NCBI GenBank assembly: GCA_964619905.1
Contig: CAZUGG010000122.1
Location: 1 to 34,695, forward strand
Length of the DNA: 34,695 nt
Direction of reading: 5' to 3'
From: an uncultured Dehalococcoidia bacterium
GTDB lineage: Bacteria; Chloroflexota; Dehalococcoidia; SHYB01
Made by a program: the position numbers and the translations under genes. Below the pieces are notes generated by a model, which saw nothing but the letters and a program-made list of their open reading frames with translations, was not told the origin of the DNA and ran no database searches. This document shows, piece by piece, positions 1 to 8,338 of the stretch (positions within the stretch are counted from its first letter, which is position 1; the number at the start of each line of letters is the position of its first letter).

Positions 1-604
1 AGGACATGGCCTCCTCCATGAGCTGGTCGTGGGGGACCACGTGGTTAACGAGGCCGATCTTATCTGCGGTGGCGCCGTCAACGTAGGCCCCAGCCATTAA
101 GAATTCTTTTGCCCGATGTGGGCCGATTAGCAAAGGCCAGATGACCGCGCCACCATCTCCGGCGACGAGCCCCATTTGGACATGAGTATCGCCGATCCGT
201 GCCTGATCGCTCATGTACACGACGTCGCACATGAGCGCGATTGTTGCGCCCAGGCCGGCAGCCGGGCCGTTGACGGCAGCGATGACCGGGGCCTCGCAAT
301 TGGCAAATGCCTGAACTAGGTACTTGGGGCCGCGGGTGAAATGGAGGGGCGAACGGTCTTGGATGCTTTCCCCCATGCTGCTAACGTCGCCACCGGCGCA
401 GAACGCTTTGCCAGCACCTGTAATCAAGATCGCCCCAACGTCTGGGTCTGTGCTGAGGTCGTTGAGAATGTACTCGAGGCCTTCATGTAAGGCCTGGTTA
501 ATGGCGTTTCGTTTTTCGGGGCGATTCATCGTCACAACCGCGACGCGGTCCTTAATCGTTACATCGAGGTGGTGTTCGTCGCGGTATCTGGTGTAGTCGC
601 CCAA
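1..604 (-). CDS. Enoyl-CoA hydratase/isomerase (crotonase) family protein, partial; the 3' end lies beyond the window start
   Basis: Absent from the ORF track because no stop falls inside the window. My minus-strand translation reads LGDYTRYRDEHHLDVTIKDRVAVVTMNRPEKRNAINQALHEGLEYILNDLSTDPDVGAILITGAGKAFCAGGDV...EAPVIAAVNGPAAGLGATIALMCDVVYMSDQARIGDTHVQMGLVAGDGGAVIWPLLIGPHRAKEFLMAGAYVDGATADKIGLVNHVV, which is typical crotonase-fold sequence. There is no in-frame ATG upstream. I propose the TTG at 602-604 as start, with GGAGGA 4 nt upstream. Confidence 0.8.
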   Translation of the reverse strand, partial: MGDYTRYRDEHHLDVTIKDRVAVVTMNRPEKRNAINQALHEGLEYILNDLSTDPDVGAILITGAGKAFCAGGDVSSMGESIQDRSPLHFTRGPKYLVQAFANCEAPVIAAVNGPAAGLGATIALMCDVVYMSDQARIGDTHVQMGLVAGDGGAVIWPLLIGPHRAKEFLMAGAYVDGATADKIGLVNHVVPHDQLMEEAMS

Positions 605-777
605 GAGGTCCTCCGAGGGTGCAGGATGTCCGCGGAGATTATACGGGATTGAAGGAGAAGGGAAAGCAGCCGATTGGACGAGGATGGGAGCTTGAGGTTC
701 ACCGTTGCCCTGAAACTAGGTCTCAGCTAGCATGCCGTAGGCCGTTGCTTTGAACTCATTTGTGTTAGGGGTGAGAC

Positions 778-1554
778 ATGCTGGATGGGAAAGTTGCGGT
801 TATTACGGGCGCCGGATCGGGTATAGGCCGAGCGATTGCCGTCAAGTTTGGGGCTGAGGGGGCGAAGGTTGTCGCGGTCGGGCAGCGTCAGGAGCGTTTG
901 GCGGAGACCGTTCGGCTCGTGAAAGCGGCAGGTGGTGATGGGGTTATGTTTGGTTGTAGCGTTGATGACCTTGAACAGGTGAAAGATTTAATTCGAGCCA
1001 CCCTTGACACATACGGAGGGCTCCACGTGTTGGTGAACAACGCTGCGAAGAACCGCCCAGACCAGCCGTTGGCCGAAACTGTTGCGGATATGGATGAGGA
1101 TTGGTGGGATGCTACCCTCGGCGTTAATCTTACCGGTACCTACTACTGTTGTAAGTACGCGCTTCAGCACATGCTGAAGGCGGGCGGCGGTTGTATCGTC
1201 AACGTGGCCTCGACGGCAGGCCTTGCGGGTAATCCCAATCAGAGTGCCTACGTTGCATCCAAGCATGGCGTGGTCGGTCTGACGAAGTCGATCGCCCTCG
1301 ACTATGGGGCGAAGAATGTCAGGGCTGTCGCGATCTGTCCCGGCTTCATCGAGACGGAGCGGTCCACGCAGTTTATGGATCACAACAGGGACTCGAATTG
1401 GCGGGACAGACTGGCACCGACGATTCCGATTCAACGCTTGGGCCGACCGGAGGACGTGGCGAATCTCGCTGCCTTCGTTGCCTCCGACGAGGCGTCGTTT
1501 ATAACTGGCGTGGCCATCCCGATCGACGGGGGCACTGCCGCTAGGAGAGAATAG
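778..1554 (+). CDS. Short-chain dehydrogenase/reductase (classical SDR, FabG-like)
   Basis: 258-aa ORF with TGAGSGIGRAIA Rossmann motif, NNAA, and catalytic YVASKHG (YxxxK). TAG stop. Confidence 0.9.
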   Translation: MLDGKVAVITGAGSGIGRAIAVKFGAEGAKVVAVGQRQERLAETVRLVKAAGGDGVMFGCSVDDLEQVKDLIRATLDTYGGLHVLVNNAAKNRPDQPLAETVADMDEDWWDATLGVNLTGTYYCCKYALQHMLKAGGGCIVNVASTAGLAGNPNQSAYVASKHGVVGLTKSIALDYGAKNVRAVAICPGFIETERSTQFMDHNRDSNWRDRLAPTIPIQRLGRPEDVANLAAFVASDEASFITGVAIPIDGGTAARRE

Positions 1555-1572
1555 CTTAGCTGCCTTGGCGTG

Positions 1573-2391
1573 CTAGTCGCTCGGGCTCGTGAGCCAGGTT
1601 CCTTCCCGGTCACGTACCCAGCCCCTTGCCGCCATGGCGCCGCCGTCGACGGTGATATTGATTCCGGTCACCCACTTCGACATGTCTGAAGCGAGGAATG
1701 CGGCGGTGCCGGCCATATCCTCGATGGTGCCCAAGCGTTTTAAGGGAAGAGACCGAGCATAAGGGTTATCGTTGGCTTGGGCATTTTCGAAGGGGATGCC
1801 TGGCGTGATGATATGGCCCGGAGAGATGCAGGTCACACGTATTTGATGTTTTGATAACTCAAGAGCCATCGTCTGGGTGAAGTTAATAATCCCCGCTTTG
1901 CAGGCGCCGTAAACAGCCCACCCTGGCGCTGCCCGCGACCCTTCGATACTGGCGACAGATATGATCGAACCGCCGTGCCCTTGCTTGATCATGTGATCCG
2001 AGACGGCCTTTGTGCAGTAGAAGGTTGCCTTCAAATTGATGCGAAGAATTGCGTCCCAGCCGCGCTCGCTCATGTCAAGGAAGTCGGCGGGGAAGCCGCC
2101 GCCAACGTTGTTGACGAGTACGTCTACGCTCCCGAACGAGTCGACGGCTTGTTGGACTGTTGCTTTGACTTGGTCGAATTCGCGAACGTCAGTCGGTGCC
2201 GCCAGAGCCTTGCCCCCCGTGGCTGTGATCTCGGCTGCGCTCTCCTTGGCCAGGTCGGGGTTGCGCTCTGCGATGACTACGTTGGCCCCAAATGCGGCCA
2301 GGCCCAAGGCAAGACCTTTACCGATACCGCGACCCCCGCCAGTGACGATTGCGGTTTTGCCGTCCAGGTGAGAGATAGAACGATCGATCAC
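1573..2391 (-). CDS. Short-chain dehydrogenase/reductase (classical SDR)
   Basis: 272-aa ORF with TGGGRGIGKGLA, NNVG and YGACKAG motifs. GTG start preceded by AGGAGG with 6-nt spacing. Lies downstream of the ACAD pair on the same strand. Confidence 0.9.
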   Translation of the reverse strand: MIDRSISHLDGKTAIVTGGGRGIGKGLALGLAAFGANVVIAERNPDLAKESAAEITATGGKALAAPTDVREFDQVKATVQQAVDSFGSVDVLVNNVGGGFPADFLDMSERGWDAILRINLKATFYCTKAVSDHMIKQGHGGSIISVASIEGSRAAPGWAVYGACKAGIINFTQTMALELSKHQIRVTCISPGHIITPGIPFENAQANDNPYARSLPLKRLGTIEDMAGTAAFLASDMSKWVTGINITVDGGAMAARGWVRDREGTWLTSPSD

Positions 2392-2454
2392 GATGCGCCT
2401 CCTGGGGGTCCAACTAACCGGAATGACGGATTTGTAGGGGCCTGTTGACCCCGA

Positions 2455-3579
2455 CTAGGCTTCGAGTGCTTGTGCTATTTGCTCTTCGTGAAACGTTTGA
2501 TTCCCCAGATTAAATTCCCAGTGCTTTGCCCGGCGCGAATAGAGTTGAAGGTCGTGTTCCAGCATGAACGCCGCACCAGCATGCACCTCGTGTGCTTGAT
2601 GGACCATGTGCTGCGCTGCCTTGCTTGCGCTGGCCTTCGCCATTGAGACTTCCTTAGTGGAAGGTTTTCCTTCGTCAATAAGCCAGGCTGCCTCTCTGGA
2701 CAGCAAGGAAGAGAGGTGCATGTCGATGGCGATGTCTGAGCAGAGATATTGGACAGCCTGGTACTGACCGATAGGGCGTCCGAACTGAACGCGGTCTTTT
2801 GCGTAGCCGACAGCCAAATCCAAGATCGCCTCTCCAGCCCCCACGATCTCCGCACACTGTAGGACCTGGGCACGAGCCATGACAGGGTCTATACCAGCCA
2901 TGGCATCGTTTAGCCCTCCCACTACGGCACCACTCCCGACCTGCACGTCTTCGAGAGTCACCGCGCAAAGTTCGTAGCCAGCGATATTGTCCATGGATTC
3001 GATTCCTACTCCTTTGGCCTGGGGGTCGACGAGGAACAGGGTCAGGTCCTTTTCGCCGTCACCGGTTCGCGTCGCCACCAGGATTTGCTCGGCGGCCTTA
3101 GCGTAGGGAACTAGGACCTTTGCCCCGCGGAGCCTATAGCTGTTGCCGTCGGGGGTCGCGGAAGCATGCACGCCGCCTGGACCATACTCGCCTGCCGCTT
3201 CCATGAACGCAAAGGGGAGTACCAGGTCACCCGTGGAGATGCGAGGCAGGATGTCCTTCTTCTGTTGTTCGCTGCCAAGTGTGAGGATTGTCTCGCCCGC
3301 GAGGATAACGGTTGATAAATGAGGGCTAGGGAAGATGGTTCGCCCCATCTCCACATAGATAGGGTAGAGATCTAGAAGGCCGGCACCGGCGCCGCCGTAA
3401 TTCTCAGGGTAGGTAAGACCGAGCCAGTCGAGGCTGGCCATTTCCTTCCATAATTCCTGAGAGTAGCCCGGCCCCGCTTCTTCTAAATCTCGGACAGCCT
3501 CGGAGGTTGAATTCGCCTGGAAGAAGTCCCGTGCTGTCTGCTGAATGGCCCGTTGTTGTTGGTTGAAGGTAAGGTCCAT
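2455..3579 (-). CDS. Acyl-CoA dehydrogenase family protein with divergent, beta-subunit-like motifs
   Basis: 374-aa ORF with overall ACAD architecture (C-terminal ...VQFGRPIGQYQAVQ... helix bundle). It has FAFMEAAGEYGPGG where ACADs carry TEPxxGSD, and EFNLGNQTFHEEQIA where MCAD-type enzymes carry YEGTxEIQ. Starts 10 nt after the stop of the upstream ACAD, with a GGGGG Shine-Dalgarno-like tract. Confidence 0.85.
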   Translation of the reverse strand: MDLTFNQQQRAIQQTARDFFQANSTSEAVRDLEEAGPGYSQELWKEMASLDWLGLTYPENYGGAGAGLLDLYPIYVEMGRTIFPSPHLSTVILAGETILTLGSEQQKKDILPRISTGDLVLPFAFMEAAGEYGPGGVHASATPDGNSYRLRGAKVLVPYAKAAEQILVATRTGDGEKDLTLFLVDPQAKGVGIESMDNIAGYELCAVTLEDVQVGSGAVVGGLNDAMAGIDPVMARAQVLQCAEIVGAGEAILDLAVGYAKDRVQFGRPIGQYQAVQYLCSDIAIDMHLSSLLSREAAWLIDEGKPSTKEVSMAKASASKAAQHMVHQAHEVHAGAAFMLEHDLQLYSRRAKHWEFNLGNQTFHEEQIAQALEA

Positions 3580-3589
3580 GATGTGCCCC

Positions 3590-4756
3590 CTATCGAGGTA
3601 GCCCGAGGCCGCGTGTGGCCAGGACCATGCGTTTCACTTGAGGCGTGCCCCCGGCGTGGTTGGCATAAGAGCCCCTGTACCATTCTTCAGCGTGGCCTGC
3701 CATCGGCGCCCACTTGCCCTTCTTCACTTGGCTCATCGGCCCGACGATTCGAGTTATGGCCTGAGCGAACAGGGGTTGGGCCTCTTTCGATATAACGACG
3801 CCCATCGCACCGCCGAAGGCCGGAGGCTCCTTCGTCTTGGCAGCAGAAAGCCCCTCGTACGTCAGGAGCTTGAGGGTCTCGACGGTAATGGCGAGGTTGG
3901 CTAACTCGTGTCGCACTGTCGGGTCCTTGATCAGCGGCTTACCGTATCGAGTCGTCTCCTTGCAGTAGGCTACTACGTCATCCAGCATGCGCTGGAACTT
4001 GGAGTGCCCAGCGTAGCCTCCGCCCCCTCCATAGAAGGCGTTCATGATGTAGTACCATCCCATGCCTTCTTCTCCGACCAGCATGTCGTGAGGCACCCGA
4101 ACGTTGTCGAGATAGGTATGGTTCTGACGGCCCCCGGCTAAGTTGAAGAGCGGCGAAAAGCTGATCCCCGGCAATTTCAAATCTAAACAGAAGATGGAGA
4201 TTCCTTTGTGTTTAGGCACGTCGGGATTAGTGCGTGCCGCAAGATAGAGGACGTCAGCGTGCGTCCCCCAAGTGGTGTAAGTTTTCTGGCCGTTCACAAC
4301 CCAATGGTCGCCGTCTCGCACGGCCGACGTCTGCAGAGAGGCCAGGTCAGAGCCGGCGTCTGGCTCGGTAAGCCCCTCAGCCCAGAAGGTCTCCATTTTT
4401 GCGATGGCGGGGAGGAACTTGACCTTCTGTTCATGGGTACCCCCGACAAGGAGACTCCCGGCAGCTAAGCCCCAGCCAATCAGGTTGATTAGGGGCGCTT
4501 CCCGATAGGCAAACTCCTCCATCATGATGGTTTTCTCTATAGGGGTGCGCTCGAGGCCGCCATACTCCTTCGGCCATGTTAGCCCGATCCACCCCTTGGC
4601 CCCTACCTTCCGTGTGAAATCCCAGGCGAACTCCCAGAGTCCGGGGTCCTCCACGAATTCGTGGTTGAACTCCTTTTCTGGTGGGAGCTCCCTGTCTAGG
4701 AAATCCCTGACTTCTTCTCGCCAGGTTTCCTGCTCTGGGGTGAAGCAAATCTCCAT
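3590..4756 (-). CDS. Acyl-CoA dehydrogenase family protein, alpha-like, retaining the FAD/substrate motif
   Basis: 388-aa ORF with canonical GLTEPDAGSDLASL, then WVVNGQKTYTT, and a C-terminal ...ANHAGGTPQVKRMVLATRGLGL that is IVD-like GxGT rather than YEGT. Confidence 0.9.
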   Translation of the reverse strand: MEICFTPEQETWREEVRDFLDRELPPEKEFNHEFVEDPGLWEFAWDFTRKVGAKGWIGLTWPKEYGGLERTPIEKTIMMEEFAYREAPLINLIGWGLAAGSLLVGGTHEQKVKFLPAIAKMETFWAEGLTEPDAGSDLASLQTSAVRDGDHWVVNGQKTYTTWGTHADVLYLAARTNPDVPKHKGISIFCLDLKLPGISFSPLFNLAGGRQNHTYLDNVRVPHDMLVGEEGMGWYYIMNAFYGGGGGYAGHSKFQRMLDDVVAYCKETTRYGKPLIKDPTVRHELANLAITVETLKLLTYEGLSAAKTKEPPAFGGAMGVVISKEAQPLFAQAITRIVGPMSQVKKGKWAPMAGHAEEWYRGSYANHAGGTPQVKRMVLATRGLGLPR

Positions 4757-5111
4757 ACTTTCCTCCGGGACGCAACCGGTTTAGGGCCGCAGGATTATAG
4801 CATCGTCGGCCTGAAGGATTCGGAGCGTAATCTTCCCCAGCCGCTGTCGTCAGAAAGCTGGATGGGCTTTCTTTGTCCTAGTAGGCCGTTAGGGTTGGGT
4901 GCGCAGGGCGCAATCGCCCTGATCTGGTGAAGAGAGCGACTTCGACGGCGGGGCTAATAATGAGGCTCTTCTTTGTGTCGAGGTCTTGCTGAGAGGGGCA
5001 GCTGTCGGGCGATTCCCTGGTTTGGATTCCCTGGGACACGTGGCTTCGGTGGCTTCGGGGTAGGCCCTGCTACAATTCGATGTCCATAGGTGCTAGGTGA
5101 GGGGACAGAGC

Positions 5112-6236
5112 ATGACCGAAAGAATCGTCGTTTCCGCGGATGACCATCTTCAAGAACCGCCAATGCTGTGGCAAGAACGCTTGCCCGCAAAGCTTAGGGA
5201 CCAGGCCCCTCGTCTGGTCGACCTGCCAGATGGGGGGCAAGGGTTCGTTGTCGCCGATCAGGCGCCCCGTCCGCTCGGCATCCTCGTGATGGCTGGTCGA
5301 TCCGCCTCCGATTACACGGAAAAAGGTCTGACCTGGGATGATGTCCCTGTCGGCAGTTACGAACCCGCAGGTAGGCTCAAAGATATGGACTCGGATGGAG
5401 TCACTGCTTCGGTCCTTTATCCCAACATCTGCCTCGATATGATGATGGATCAAGTGAGGCTCGCCCCAGAACTGGCCCGGGAGGTTTACAAGGTCTACAA
5501 CGACCACATGTCGGAATTTTGCTTGGAGGCGCCAGACCGACTGGTAGGGGTTGGTCTCCTTCCCCTAGATACTACTGAGGGAGCCATCGCTGAACTGGAG
5601 CGCCTTACCAACCTGCCCGGCATTCGCGCGGCCTTAATCCCTTACATTCCTCCCGGAGGCCGTGACTGGAATGACCCGTACTTCGAGCCATTTTGGGCCG
5701 CGGCGAACGAGATCGGTATGCCGCTTAGCGTGCACTCGGGGAGGCCGAGGTCGTTGCCGACTCGTGCTGAGACGCTGAATATGCCAGGTGGAGGCTCAAT
5801 CTATATGCACATTGGTCCTATCGGTATGGCGGAAACGTTGGCTAGGATCATGTGGACGGGGGCACTCGATCGTTACCCGAATCTCAAGATCGTCTCCGTG
5901 GAAGGAGGCATTGGCTGGCTCGCCTTTTTCATCGAGCGAGGCGAGCATGTTCGGAAACGCCACAGCGGCTGGACGGGAACCAAGCTGGAGTCGGGACCAC
6001 GCGACTGGTTTTGACGTAACCTCTTTGCGACCTTCGAGGAGGACGAAACCGGACTCCATGACATCGATTTTATCGGTGCCGATTCAGTCATGTGGGCCTC
6101 GGACTACCCCCACTCTGATACGACTTGGCCAAACTCCATGGAGACAATAGACCGGGTGTTCGCTGGTGTAGACGAGGAGACGCGAATGAAGATCACTAGG
6201 GGCAACGCTGCCAAGCTATACGGGATCATTGTTTGA
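5112..6236 (+). pseudogene. Amidohydrolase family 2 (PF04909/ACMSD-like) gene interrupted by an in-frame TGA at 6012-6014
   Basis: The track ORF 5097-6014 ends ...GTKLESGPRDWF*. The same frame continues for 74 codons to the TGA at 6234-6236: RNLFATFEEDETGLHDIDFIGADSVMWASDYPHSDTTWPNSMETIDRVFAGVDEETRMKITRGNAAKLYGIIV. Over the whole length it is colinear with the intact paralog at 20744-21838 (…PREIMERNVRLTF…MWATDYPHDDSTWPES…). The likely start is ATG 5112 (MTERIVVSADDHLQEP) with a GGTGAGGGGA ribosome-binding site; the track start is GTG 5097. Confidence 0.75.
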
Positions 6237-7336
6237 TGAAGTACCGTGTCCTCGGCCGAACTGGTGTTCAGGTCAGTCAGTTGTGCCTTGGCTCGATGAT
6301 GTTCGGCTCATTCGGCAACCCTGACAATGTTGAGTGACCGCGCATCGTCCACGCGGCTCTAGATGCCGGGATCAACTTCATAGACACTGCGGATGTGTAT
6401 TCAGGCGGCGAATCGGAAGAGATCATCGGTAAGGCCCTGCGAGGGAGGCGGGGACACGTGGTCCTGGCAACAAAAGTGCATCATCCTATGGGCGAGAATA
6501 TCAACGAGCACGGAAGTTCAAGGAGGTGGATTACCCAGGCGGTCGATGACAGCTTGCGCCGCCGCAAGACGGATTGGATCGACCTATATCAGCTTCATCG
6601 CCCCGATCCCCTTACCGACCTCGAAGAGTCGATGGGGGCGCTCACCGACCTGGTCAGAGCGGGCAAGGTCCGGTACATCGGGAGTTGCACCTTCCCCGGA
6701 TCGATGATCGCGGAGTCGCATTGGATAGCAGAGAAGCGGGGCTATGAACGCTTCCGCTGTCAGCAGCCGCCGTACTCCATTTTTGCTAGGGGAGCTGAAA
6801 AGGACTCCCTGCCGACTAGTACGCGGTACGGTATGGGGGTTATCACGTGGAGCCCGCTGAGCGGGGGCTGGCTCACAGGCCGCTATCGGCACGGAGAACC
6901 CTTCCCCAAGACCACGCGCGGCTCGATCCCGGCCAACCGCAAGCGTGCCGAAGGATCACAGCCGGTCCCGGCAAGGTCGCTATTGGGTAAGCCTGACCCT
7001 GGCGACCCGATCATTCGGAGAAAGCTGGACATCATAGACAGCTTGCTCAAACTTGCAGACGGAACGGGGATTCCCCTCGTCCACCTTGCTCTGGCTTTTG
7101 TGTTAAATCATCCGGCGGTAACTTCTGCGATCATCGGTCCACGGACGATCGAGCAGTTGGAGGGGCAGATCGACTCCGTGGAATTGAAGTTGAGTGACGA
7201 GATTTTGGACGCTATAGATCAGCTCGTGGAACCAGGCTCGGACGTCAATCCGCTTGGCCCAGAGGTTGGGTATCAGCCGCCAGAGATCACTGACGCATGG
7301 CGGAGGCGGCGAGGCGCCGTCGGGCCCCCAGCTTAA
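6236..7336 (+). pseudogene. Aldo/keto reductase gene interrupted by an in-frame TGA at 6335-6337
   Basis: ATG 6236 overlaps the upstream stop (TGATG). Translation: [67 protein letters not shown]... It is in frame with track ORF 6395-7336, whose GTG start sits inside the conserved DTADVY motif. Colinear with the intact AKR at 32960-33910 (MEYRILGRTGFSISDIGFGAM...DDKESLRALNRAVDLGMNFIDTADAY). Confidence 0.75.
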
Positions 7337-7466
7337 CGCATCATGAAAGTAGCGCAGGAGGTTGGGCCTCGGCTAGTTCCATAGGGTCCAGCGCCCTGCT
7401 TCTTCCACAAGTTGACGAGTGCGGCGCTATGAGTAGTTCTCAATCAGTTTTGTTAACCGGTGGGGA

Positions 7467-8075
7467 CTAAACCAGGTGCGAAGTGTCGTTCCACAGTTCG
7501 ACAACCGAGAGGTTGTCGCTGATCGAAACGGTGGAGAGCGCGCATGGAGTGACGCGATAGAGCCAGTAAGCAGAAAGAGGGAGATCTAGGAGCACTAGGA
7601 GCAGCGCGCGGAGGGTCCCGCTGTGAGAGACTATCAAAAGGTTGTCTTCGGCCTTCTGGTTCTGTTTTATAGCAGCAACAACCGCGGATGCCCGAATTGT
7701 GATTTGGGCTAAGCTCTCTCCGCCGGGTGGCACGAACGACTCTTGACGACTCCTGAAGGATTGGTACTCCTTCGGGTACTGTTCCTGGATCTCGGTCATC
7801 GTTAGCCCATCCCATTTACCGTGGCTTGTTTCACAGAGTTCTGGGAGGAACTTGATCGGCGTGTCGGACGGCGCTGCCACCGCGCGGGCAGTTTCGGCTG
7901 CCCGCACCAGGGGGCTTGAGTAGACTGCTGTTAGGCGAAAGTCGTTTAAACGCTTGGCGAGGCGCCGCGCCTGCTCCTGTCCGGCAGGTGCGAGAGGGGG
8001 GTCGAGCCGACCCTGCATGCGACCCTCGAGATTCCACGAGGTCTGGCCATGACGAGCGAGGTGCCACTTCCCCAT
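7467..8075 (-). CDS. Histidine phosphatase family protein (phosphoglycerate mutase-like)
   Basis: 202-aa ORF. N-terminal LARHGQTSWNLEGRMQG is the RHG catalytic motif; SHSGTLRAL is the second His motif. Confidence 0.85.
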   Translation of the reverse strand: MGKWHLARHGQTSWNLEGRMQGRLDPPLAPAGQEQARRLAKRLNDFRLTAVYSSPLVRAAETARAVAAPSDTPIKFLPELCETSHGKWDGLTMTEIQEQYPKEYQSFRSRQESFVPPGGESLAQITIRASAVVAAIKQNQKAEDNLLIVSHSGTLRALLLVLLDLPLSAYWLYRVTPCALSTVSISDNLSVVELWNDTSHLV

Positions 8076-8329
8076 TTGCTAGGGACCGAGAGTCCGGGTG
8101 AGGTCTACGGCTTGTGCTGACAGGTCAGCGTTCAAGAAGATACCATCCAGCCGGTTGCGAGCGCGGTGGTTATCGCTGCTGCGATATAGGAGCCGCTTGA
8201 AGGATGCGGCATCATACCACGGCGTCTTGGAGGCGGATTACAAAAGTCCCAGACTGCTGGGTTTTAGCGCCGGAAGTGTCCACAAGTTTTCAAGGGTCAA
8301 CATGATGCCTTTTCTGTAGATTAAGCGCG

Positions 8330-8338
8330 TGTTAGAAT
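8330..8338 (+). promoter_or_regulatory. Candidate extended -10 promoter element (TGtTAGAAT) for the pyr leader
   Basis: TG at 8330-8331 and TAGAAT at 8333-8338, about 15 nt upstream of the PyrR-binding loop. The -35 is only weak. Pattern match only. Confidence 0.35.

Noticed and set aside
4954-5190. A 78-aa minus-strand ORF in the ACAD/amidohydrolase divergent region
   Set aside because: It overlaps the amidohydrolase start and the repeat-containing intergenic region. It is Pro/Arg-rich with no motifs.
6012-6337. Genetic-code reassignment (TGA read as Trp or Gly) or selenocysteine as the explanation for the two in-frame TGAs
   Set aside because: TGA terminates many well-conserved genes in this window at their expected C-termini: pyrR, pyrB, pyrC, fabD, nusB, the MFS gene, the second AKR and the second amidohydrolase. 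Global reassignment is therefore excluded. Neither TGA column is a catalytic or redox position, since the intact paralogs have Glu and Ser there. No Sec machinery is visible. The only downstream structure is a 5-bp hairpin, which is far weaker than a typical bacterial SECIS element.
8098-8319. A 73-aa ORF in the phosphatase-pyrR intergenic region
   Set aside because: The sequence is Arg/Ser-rich with no motifs and no ribosome-binding site, and the region more plausibly holds promoters and the pyr leader. I also translated the other frames and found only very short peptides of 21-27 aa.
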